The translations under genes were made by a program, and so were the position numbers. Of a stretch of DNA of 64,000 bases, positions 26,903 through 38,900 are shown one piece after another. Source of the DNA: Antedon mediterranea. Its lineage: Eukaryota; Animalia; Echinodermata. The DNA lies in assembly GCF_964355755.1 (NCBI RefSeq), contig NC_092680.1:14393045-14457044 (forward strand), in the 5' to 3' direction. The notes beneath the pieces were generated by a model that worked only from the letters and a program-made list of their open reading frames with translations, was not told where the DNA came from and ran no database searches. How positions within the stretch are numbered: the stretch's first letter is position 1; every line of letters starts with the position of its first letter.

Positions 26903-29900
26903 ATGTATGTGATAGACACTATATTCACTGATGAGGACCTTCATACAAAAACCAATCATGAAGGCATTCTGTCCAAGAATTATTTTGTGTGCAGAAAGTG
27001 CAGAAATGAAGTAAATATATTTTCAGTACAAAACTCAATTAAAAACATGAAAAATTAATATTAATAAAATCAGATCTTGAATAAGCCATTTTGTAGTTAA
27101 TCACTTACGTAGAAACAAAAAATGTTTTCACTTACAAACGGTTATATTCAACCAAAAACCCATTGGCTGGTTGCTTTAAATTACAGTTTTTTCAGGTAAA
27201 CTATTACTATTAGAACATATGGCATATTCAACAATAATTAGACCACAAATATTTTTTCATGGGGACATTTTAAAGACCCAACAAAGTGTCTCCTACTGTA
27301 GGTAAATCCAAAGAAAGGATCCTACTGTAATCCAATGTTATTCCATCTACAGGTACAGTTTATATTAATCTATAGTATACTGTATTATAATAAACTCATT
27401 GTTAAACTGTAAGTAATATATCCACTCTCTAAACCAATAATTGTGATCAAACCATTTTATAATGAAAGGCATATTTACCCTAACTATTCTCCAGTAGACC
27501 ATATATCCATAACCCATATCATATTGTATTACAACATAACTGAGTAGATTCTTTTCATTTGATTGGAGATTACATGATTAAAAATAAATATGACACTTGA
27601 GCGTGCATTTTCGTTAAATGTAAATTGGGTACAATTTTGTTGTGTGCGTTTATTTTTGTTACACAGTGAGTGAGAAAACACACACGCTAGACGACTGTTG
27701 TTGACGGTCATGCTTGACCAACTTGTACAATAGTGCGCACCATTTACTCTGTGTCCAAAATTTTTTAATGATTGGCCCAACCCTTTCGTTAAAAGTATAA
27801 TGACTGAAATGATACAAATATTTCATTCGGTAAAAGATGCAAATTTGTATATAAACTTCTTCATTCACCTCATGAAATTATTTGTACCATTTAATTAATA
27901 AACATTCATTATTTGTAATTTAATAGTAACTCATTGTATAATTTAATAATTTACAGTTAGAAATCTTGTCACAGATGTGAGATATCCACATTTATGTGTT
28001 TTACAGATAACATTTTCAGATGAAGATATAATTGAATTTAATTTGTACGACACAGACTCTGTCACGATTCCAGCAATTAAGTGTAAAACACAGGACTGCC
28101 CAAGTAAGTGCTATTATTATCTTAAACAAAAAAGTCATTTATAAATACAATAAATTGAATATTATACAGTAGTATAATAAATATAAATATAGCTTGAAAT
28201 ACTAGATTGTTGCTCTGTCTACACTATCAAATTTTATTAGGCTATTGCTCTCTTTAGAGCGATAGCCTATTGTTATTGTTATTATGCTCATTTTTTGTCC
28301 GTAGCAGTTACGTTGTAACTTGGCCAGCAGTGCATGTATATATTTAGTTGTGCAACAAACTTTGGTTTAATGAAAATATGGTCGTGAAAATTTTAAGCAT
28401 TTCACAAAATTTCGCGTCGCGCACACGCTTTTACGTACTTATCTCTCACGCATTGATTGCACCTTTTGTGATAAGTTCCTTTCATTTTTGATGAATTATA
28501 AATGTAAACTAATGACACTCGTGCACGTCAAACTTTAAAAATCGTGCGCTTGAAAATGGGTGATTATATGAAAATTTGTATAAAAATTATGCCTATTTTA
28601 TCATCTGGTTTTCTAATACACCTTAACTCTCAACATCGAAATAGTGGATTCACCATGGAAGAGGAAAACGACCACACTTTACCATTTCTTGACGTATTTG
28701 TCACAAAGGAACCCGAGGGCACTCTGTCCCACAAAGTTTATCGCAAACCCACTCACACGAACATATATTTACATAAGCGACCTTTCCACTATCCGTCAAC
28801 GAAGAAATCAGTTTGTAAAACTCTTATCAAAAGAGCGCACACCATCAGCGACAAGAAGTGTCTCCGACAAAAAATACAACATGTCAACAAAGCATTGGAA
28901 CTCAATGGTTACAACAGGAAGGACTTCAAGTCATCGTCAACCAACAACAGCGATCCTGTAGAGTTCAGAAAGTCTGTATGTATACCATATTTGGGACAGC
29001 TTTCTCATCGTATCCAGCGAGTACTACAAAACGCCGACATAAAAGTATTTCATAGTGCAGTCAACAAGTTGTCATAGTGTCTTCAAACACACAAGGACAA
29101 ACCATCTAAACACGGCCAACCTGGTGTATACTGCATCCCATGTGAATGTCGAAAGGTATACATTGGAGAAAATTGGCGTGACCTTCTAACCAGGCTCAAA
29201 GAACATCAAGGCCATGCCAGAAGAGGAGAGCAAGACAAATCATCAATAGTTAATTGGAAAGATGCTGAAATAATTGCTACAGTTCCTACTTGGCATTCCA
29301 GACAAACCAGGGAAGCTATTGAAATCTACAAACACAACACTGTTCATCAAGATATTGGATTTGTTATCAGTGACATTTGGCTATCTTTATTCAACAAGAA
29401 TCTTCATTGACAGTAAACCATGCCTTGGTTTCTGGCCAGTTTACACTTCACAATCCTGTCTAGACACATGGTCTATGTTTGGCCAGTCTGCACCCAGCTT
29501 CGAGACAAAGCTATTGTTTTTTAGCTCGTCTCATTTTGCTTTACACACCTATCAGAAAAGATGCTCTTCTATAGCTAGTTTTAATCCCTCCCACTGTGTA
29601 AACATGCTATTGTTTCTAGCTTTCACACCAGTCCCACCCTTTTCCACTTATATTCCAAGTTTCCTGGACTTTCTGTATTCTCACCCCTGAGGACGATCAA
29701 AGCATATTGATCGAAACGTCGAGAAACTCAACAGTTCTTTTCAGAAATTATACGTGGTGTACCGCAAACTTTATATCCAGGGGCAGATCCAGGATTTTGT
29801 GAAAGGGGGGGGGGGGGTGGAACTGTAGAGAGTCCACACCAACTCAGCCCCACCATGGTTGGGACTGAGTTGAGGCGATTTTGATAGATGGTCGGAAAAG

Positions 29901-32900
29901 GCACTCTCGCGTTAAATAAATGTATTAAAAATTGATATTTTAAATATGAAAACTGAGGTACTAGCCTATTAAAGAGTGACATTTTCCCTATAGGCCTATT
30001 TTGAGTAAAGCGTCACAAAAGTCAGCGTTTGCACGTACAGGGCAGAAAAGGTGCTTTTCCAAGGCCGTCGACAGGACATGTGGTGGTGAAGAGAACTTTG
30101 TTAAATGACGCCCCCGATGGCCGGAAGAAATGGTGCGAACGTCCATCTAGGGGAAGCAAATTTAATGCTTTTATTATGGCTCAATATTTATTTACATCAA
30201 TTTGTTGAAGAAATTAAATATATAAATAGGTATTGATACAGTTGGGTGGGTGGCCTAGAAAAAAAATCGGTTGCTATAATGTACACTACAGTAGGGCCTA
30301 CACAGTTACCACAGTAGGCCTACGATATTATTTTTAACAAATCCTCTATGATGATGATCTGTAGGTAACCACGGCGTTCCATTTTTGACGTATACACTTT
30401 TATTTATGCTTGCTGACTGCCAGCGATCGGAACAATAGGTAGACCTACGCGGTTGTATGGCGGTGTCCTTTGTACGAATCGTTCGAGCCCGAGTATGGGT
30501 ACAATACATGAGTCAATATCATGTTACATCCAGGGACCAAAATGCGTTTATTTTTCTGGTGAAAATAGGCAATTCATTTCGCAACTCTTAGAAATTTATA
30601 GCATCGGCAATGGTGACCTCTAATAAAAAGTAATTTAGCACGGCGCTAAAACAATGTATTTAAATCAAAAGTGAAAGTTTTACTCTTTTTTATGCTTCTT
30701 TTCCCGATTTTTTTTCCCTTATGGTAGGATAATTTTTTCCCCCAGATTTATAGGGGGGGGGGGGCGTGCGGAGGGTGCGCCCCCCCCCCCCCTAGAGGGC
30801 GCTGCATGGTTGCTAGCCAACCAAAAAATGCGTTCAATGCTACAATTTTGGTAAAATTGTAAAGATCTGTATTTCTATCAAATTATGAATCTTAGCTTGA
30901 TTTAAAAAAATTTAAACTGTAGTTGAAGAATAAATAGATTATTAAAAACAAATGTTTAGTGATCTTTTGAAATTTTAGTTTGTTTTTATTGAAATGACTA
31001 CTTCAATAAGCCTATTCCAAACCATTGGTGACCTTGAAGTCACTCAGGCAGGTTGAACGCATTTTTGGTTGCGCTTGCAACCTTTCAGCGCCACCAACCG
31101 TCGTGACTTCAGCACCGTGATACCCTTATTGTTTTGTCAGAATCTTTATTATTAATATTCATTAAAAGTCAGAATTTTTATTTTGTGATGTTGTAATGGC
31201 AATTGTGAACCTATATTATGTGATGTATACTTTTATATAACTTTTGTCTATTTTTTAAATGCTTTAACTTTTTATATATGTAAAATACTAAAAATAAGAA
31301 AAACAAAAAAAAACTTTAAGCTGCAGAGATAGTTTTCTACTGAAACTAAAAAATTTTAACAATTGTAAAGAATGAAATAAAAGTGAGTGAATCTCACAAA
31401 AGACAAAAAAAAAAAAAAAGTCAGAATTATTCATAGGTAATAAAATGTGAAGAAATATTATTTTATCAATCCCCTTCCTTTGCACCTTTTGCATTCCATA
31501 CTTTAACGGGGCCGAGTTGACCGATTATTTTTTGGCCGAGTTGACGTGAGGCCGAGTTGACTTGAGGCCGAGTTGACTTGAGGCCGACTTGACTTGGGGC
31601 CGACTTGACTTGGGGCCGACTTGACTTTGGCCAAGACGGTTTAGGGCCGACTTGGATCGAAATCATATATGATATGGTTTTTTGTTTTAGGCTGTGACTG
31701 AACTACATTTTGTTTATATATTCTATACAAATTTGTATTAACTTGCAGCAAATATAGCAGCAAGGACAAGGTTAAATTGTTGCCCTCATCATCAGGTACC
31801 AAGCAGCACCATCACACACTATATTCCTCCATTTCCTCTACTTTTTGAACTATTTACAACAATTGACCTGAAATATCTTCCTTAAAATGTGTTGATTAGT
31901 AATACCCTTTTGACACTAACATACAATGTTGTATTCATATGAGAGACTTGTGAAATCTTGCCAGGATAATTAGAGCTCGATATATTTGATGTTGCAATTT
32001 TTCCACAGAAAAAAGACTTTTATTCGGTTTTTACATTACAAATGTATCATACATTAATATCTTAATATCATGCAAAATAAAATATAAGATTTAGAGATGG
32101 CAATGTTCATTAAAATCCAAAAGTTTCATTGCTTATCTCTGAAATATAATTTTTTGCAGTTGGTTTACTGAAAATTCGGGGTATTTGGCTCACTATTGAT
32201 GCCCTTCTTACAAGTGGGAAAGCCAAGCCTACAGGATTTGAAAAGGTAAGGCTTTTTTGTTCATATTTATGTTTTAAAGTCCATTCACATTGTATAGTAA
32301 ACTCCAAAAACAAAGAATAACTAGAATTTAATTCGTCACTTTGACGAATTATAGGTGATCAATTTTATCATTTTAATGAAATTAACATTTTTTAAACATG
32401 CATGTACGTTAACATACGATCGTAAAAAGTTGATGTACGCCATCCTATGACATGATGTGCTGAGTTGTACCTACTGTATTATGTGTCATATACAATATGT
32501 ACAGTATATCTATATACAGTGTAGCATAGGTGAAATTACGGGACCCACATCATGTTCTAATTTTTTGTTATGATGGAATTATCAAATAAACTCGAAGATG
32601 ACAATTTAGAAAGATAATGAATTGAGCAAATAAATATAAGGATTGGAAGAGAATTTGAAACATAGAAGCGCAATGCGCGCTCTTTGAAATTTGTATAACT
32701 TTGACTAAAGAAATTTAAAAACTACTTTTTAACTGGCCATTATGATAACATCAAAGCATCCGATAGGCTTAATTTTTATATGAATTCATATCTACATTTC
32801 ATCAGCTTTCATAATAAGTTATAATCTTCAAGGTCACCTTTAATTCTGAAGAACTGTAAAATATATAGTGAAGGTGAAATTACACGACCTACGTTATTCA

Positions 32901-35900
32901 AGTTTTTACGCGTGATGACGTCATCAAAATGAAAACGCTGACAACTCATGAGAAAGATAAATAATTAAGCAAGCACCTACTGAAATTTGTGCAAAATTCG
33001 TGCACAAATAACCGAGATGCGCTCTGTTGAATGTGATAATCTATGACGAAAGAGAAAAAAACCTAATTTTTAAATTCAAGTGGCCATTTGTTGACGTCAC
33101 AACCTTTTGTACTTCAAATGTGTACATAAATTCATATCTACAACTCATTGGCTTCCATAATAAGTTAAAAAAATTGGGGTCATCTTTCATTCTGACGAGT
33201 TATATTCATTTTAAAAAGGCCTTATTTTTTACCATTTTTAGCACTTTTGTACAATTAATGTGCGCATTTTGTCATTTTTAACGTGCTCGTATAGCACTAT
33301 TTTAAGTCGAAATGAACTCAAATTTGGTGAATGTATTAAGGAAGATGAGTAGAATGCAAGTTTTTATTTGCTATTATTTTTTTTCTTGACCTGAAGTTCA
33401 TTAATACGTGATAATGAAATATGGAGATACGATTGATAATGTGATTTCACAAAATGGCGTATACATGACGTCACGGATGAGTGATCACGCTGAAAAGCTT
33501 ATTAGGACTAAGTTACAGTATTTTAAAGACATTGTGAAATTTTGGTAATCATTGAGATTTAACTCCGACATTTTGAGATATTTGTTACACAAAAAGTGTA
33601 CAGAAAGAAGAAGAAGAAGAAGAAGAAGAAGAAGAATAAAGATTTTATACAATAACAATAGATTCAAGAAGATTCAAGAAATTTTATTTGTCCATAAAAA
33701 TGGAAATTCACTTTGCTTGGTAGATTAAAACAACAATATTGCAACAATTTAAAAACGTGCAGTATTATAACAGATTAAAAATACAAGATAAAAAGTTAAA
33801 AATACTGTTAAAAATGTAAAACTATTAAAAATTGCATTAACGTCTTACATTAGAATTAAAAATATGAATGCTATTTACAACGAAGGATTTTCTAGTTCTA
33901 CAAAGATTTGCTCTTGGAGGTCGTAGCCTAATGCCTGATCTATTTAAGTTATAACAGTAATGTAACGGATGAGTGGGGTCTTTCATAATATTGTTTACTT
34001 TTTTTAGAATACTCTTTTCATAGATAAATGAACAAGGCATAAGATCAGCTTTAATAATACGTTGTGCAATTTTACGTGGTCTCTCAATATTTTTCTTATC
34101 ATTTTCAGTAAAGTTACCATAAAAACATCCAATGCTAAAAGATAAAATACTTTGAATAATACTTTGATAAAATAGAATTAAAATAGTGTTATCAACTCTA
34201 ATTTGCTTGACTTTTCTGAGAAAGTAGAGCCTTTGAGATGCCTTCTTGGAAATCATGAGAGAGTTTGACTCCCATTTTAATTTGTTATCAATTATAGTAC
34301 CTAAGTATTTGTATTGGGTTACTCTTTCAACCTCGGTTCCTTTAATAGTTATTACATTATGTTCAACTGCAGTTTTACGAAAATCTATTATCATCATCTA
34401 TTAAGTATTAAGTTCATATCTTCACACCAATTAACAAATCTTCCAACTTCATTAACAAATTCATTTACATTATGCTTACTATCGCAAAGAAAACCACTAA
34501 TTACAGTATCGTCAGCGTATTTTACAATATTGCAATCTTTGCTTAAAATATTAAAACTACTAGAATAAAAAGAGAACAAAATTGGAGAGATAACACATCC
34601 TTGAGGAGCTCCAACACTGGTAGATTCTTTGTTGGATAGGATACCATTGCACTTAACTCCGACATTTTGAAATATAGGTGATCATTTTATTCTAAATGAT
34701 CACCGAATCAGGAAAAAAATCTCGGACAATGCAAGCAAGGCTAAAACGCCTAGGCCCAGCCTAATAGGAAACCTTTTCATGCAACTGGAATTAATCCAGG
34801 CTAATTATGTTTTTTCCAACGATTCCACGTCTTGTAGATGTTCCCATTAATTAATCAAAATCCTAAAACAAACTAAAGCTAATTTAAATGCCTTTTTGAA
34901 TGAAATTAGTACATATATATATGATGTATATATATCTCCAAATTGACACAAAAATATGTTGCTGCATATCTTGCGGTGGTGTTTGCAAACAAAATAGAGA
35001 CAAGACAACAGGTGGCGCTGTTGTATTTCACAGTAATTTGTACACTAGATTTTTTTTTCATCCACGAAATGTTTCTTTTTCGTACACAAAAATGTTTAAA
35101 AAGTACTATTAGTGCGTACTATTGCACGCCATGTGACCCACTATCATCCAATCAAATGACAGGAATTATTAAAATAATTAAAACATATTCCAATCTTGAA
35201 AAATAAAGGGGTGGTCTTATTTTATTCTTGCGTGACATGAAGATGCTGTATATAAATCTAGGAATTACATACAGTTTACCTAGTTTACTGCAAGTCCAGT
35301 AATATTGGAATATTGGTTTGTCTGTTACCGTACTACTTCATAGAAGAATTTTAATTGACAACATAAAATAACATTGAAAAAAAAAAATATTTATTTTTAT
35401 AATATGTTTAAATTTATGTGAACAAAAATGATTTACTTTTATAGTTGTGATATTTTGATAATTGAATATGCAGATATGTGAATTAGATGAATTCAGTGAA
35501 CAGTTTGTTTAGTAATTGATTATTTATTTACCAGATTTCTAGAGCGCCCTTTTCATGAATACTCATGAAAGGCGCTTCACATCATAAAGACAAACATCAT
35601 AAGCAATAATTATAAAAGATATAATTATGATTACTAATATAAATAATTTCTATTCTTTGATAAACTCATTAATGATCTCAATATTTTCAGGATTTTATTA
35701 TGTACAATTCATTGTGAAAATATAACTGGTTTTAACAAGTATTACTATATTTTGAACTTTGGCCTGTAGCCAAAATCTACTATGCACAGCACAAAGTTCA
35801 ACATAAACAGGAAGGTCAAATGTCACAAAGCAAATCTTAGGTATTACTATAATCCATATATGGGCATCTTAATTAGTATATGACCTATATTTTTTAACCT

Positions 35901-38900
35901 TTACTGCTGACCTTAGCCAGGATATGCTGATTTGCAAACATTTATCCAAAGGTCATATGCAAGCAATTATATGTTTTATCATCACAACCTTTCCAATGTT
36001 TAAATGTGTGTATTCTGTTGTGTATTTTGTGTATAATATCTGTTATTCTCAATATTTTGAAGGTAACTTTATATTTATTTATACTCTGTATTTGATCATC
36101 TAATTAATATAAAAGAAAATTATTTCTAAAATTCATTCTTATCTGAACATTTGCTTCAAGAAAATTATAATAAAATTATCTTATTTTATAATTCAGACCT
36201 ATCTTTCATATTTATTGTTTCAAATGTGAATGAGTGTTTAATAAAAACAGGATATTGAAATATTATTAGAGTTGTATTTTGTAGCATTTAATCTTTCACA
36301 CATATAGAAAATATCTCTATCGTGATCCATTGTATTTTTGATTTATTTAAAAGAATTGTGTTGAATTTTTAACTTATTCATAGATAATATTCTTAATTTA
36401 AGATTATTATTATATACATTTCATTTGCCTTAGGTTACAAGTGTTGGTGAGAAGGTTATTTTGAGTGTCCTGAACAATATCCGCTACAAGGAATTTGATC
36501 GTCAACCCACCGATCCAGAATTTCTACCCCACTCGTTTGATGAGTACGCTAAACTCTTGTGGATAAATAACACGGCTGTTGGCTTTTATACAGTGAAGAA
36601 AAAAGGTGAAGCACATTGTGCCTTTTATACTAGCACACAACCAACTACAAACAAAAAGGTTTTATTTTGAGGTGTTTGGTCGTTTGTTTAGGTAGTATAG
36701 GTGTGTTTATAAAATCCATATAAAAAAAATCAATTATTAAAATCCAAATGTTACTGTTTTAATCAATGTGAATCAAATGTAGGCCTTGGCTAGGCTTACC
36801 TTTTATTTGATTCAAATAACAGGAATCTATTTAGATGTTATATAAAACAAATAAAAAGAAAAAAAATAATTTTTGACAGTAACAATAGGCTATCACTAGG
36901 CCTGCATTTTATTCAATCTGATTTTAAATAACAGGAATCTATTTAGATATAAACAACTAATGAATGTTTTATATTCATGTAATGGTACAAATAATGGCAT
37001 TTGGTGAATGATGAAAGGTTATATTTCACCTCATGCCATTATTTGTACTGTTCATTAAACTCATAAACATTCATTATTTGTATACTGTGCAATATAAAGT
37101 GCCTTGTTTGATTATAGAGAATAATGAAAGGAATTTGATGAAGCTGCTAGTTTTATAGGTCTTTTCAGATGGGTTTTTACAAGTTTCTTAAAGACTTTTG
37201 TGGATACAGTGAATCTTTATCAAAGGCATCAACTAGTTACCACCTTCTTGTCATACTAATAAACAAGAAAACAAAAATAGATATCCACTACAGACTATTA
37301 TAAAGCTAAATAAAAATAATGTTTTTTTTTCCCAAAGGTACGTGGTGTGGAAGTCAATCACAGGCTTTAGCATGGCAGCTGTCCGTCTTAGACACTGTGT
37401 ATGTCAGCTCAAATCATAGACGCCAGGGTTATGGCTTACTGGTCATCAGAGACTTTCTTAACACATTTCCAGATGAAGATCTTGGGATATCAGAACCTGT
37501 CTCAGAGTCAATGTTACTAGGTATATTTTATTTATCACAAAAAAAATGGTTAATCTTGGTTGTATAGGATGTACTTCTTAATAATAAGTATAAAAGGGAA
37601 TGGTTCCGGCTGACCTAAGTATTAAGCCTGCTTTCCACCAAAGGCGATTTTTGTTGTGTGAATTCAATGTTGTCACTGAGAAAAAAGAACAAATACTGTA
37701 ATGTAAAGCCCTACATTTTTTAGATTTTACATTTTGAACTAATTCGCAACCTTTATTTTGACAATTTAAGTTTCTTGGCGAATGTATTTGGCCTCCGTGA
37801 TGAACGTCAAACAACAATTGAATAGCGTCAGTAAAATTACAGAATACATGATTGTAAATTTAAGGATGTAAATGAATAAACATTTTGGCTACACAGTGGG
37901 TGAGGCACATGTTTAACATGGCTCTTAGATAATGACTATTGTACTTTACCAAATAATTATTGTTTGTTTCTACAACAACAAACGGACAGACGAACGCCGA
38001 CTGGATGGATTTCTTGAGAGCATAGCAACATGGTGATGATATTTTTGCTATTTACTACCACAAACTACTCACGTAGAATAATTACTTTATGACGCATTAC
38101 AACTTATTATATGATTTAATGGACAAAGAATTCGTCAAGCAAATACACTATACATTTCATAAATTTTACCTAAGAAATGTTATAAGCTTTTTCCAATTGT
38201 TTTAGCAATCAATCCTCACACGGCGCCACGTTTCTCGATTTCCGAGGAAATATTTCATCATTGTTTTGAGTGATGCGCAGGCTGAGTAGGGCCTATCATT
38301 TTCGATCGGTTGCAATTTATTTTAATGTTTTAATTAGCAATATAAATAATTGGGGATCGTAAATGTTTCAAATAATACACAATTAGAAGTTTATCATAAC
38401 TATTTTATATTAATTTTTTTTCCATATTAAACCTACTTAACTACGGTAGGCGTAACTAACTAAGCCTAGACTAGGCCTGATCGATGGTAAAAACAACATT
38501 GTTAGGAATTTAGCGATTTTATTATACTTTATTTTAGCGATCGCTGTTTAATCGCTAAAGTCGCCAAAATAGCGCGAAAATGTTGGGCTTTAGAGTATAG
38601 TAGCTGCTATTTACATTTCCATTGTTCGGGTCACAATGGCATAATCGCATAATGGCATAATCGTTTTTCTGTACGCAATATTCTTACGTATGATGTGCAT
38701 GTGGCGTTTCCGCAGCGGATAATCTAACTCGTCCATAGTGACGAGTTCAAATCTAGTTAAAGAAATTAAAATGTATTTGTAAATTTTGTAATTTCTACTT
38801 TATTGCAGTGTGTAAAAGATTTGTTAAAGACGACCCCAAGGAAGCAGAACGGCTCTGGCTTTGTACCTTACCAGCAGACAACTCACATTCTGAGAATTTG

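Noticed and set aside
31691-31795. Extra FAM169-like exon, or a UGA/selenocysteine exon
   Set aside because: The AG/GT flanks look plausible, but the required phase hits TGA at once with no homology. Exon 32160-32245 fits phase and family sequence, and I saw no SECIS.
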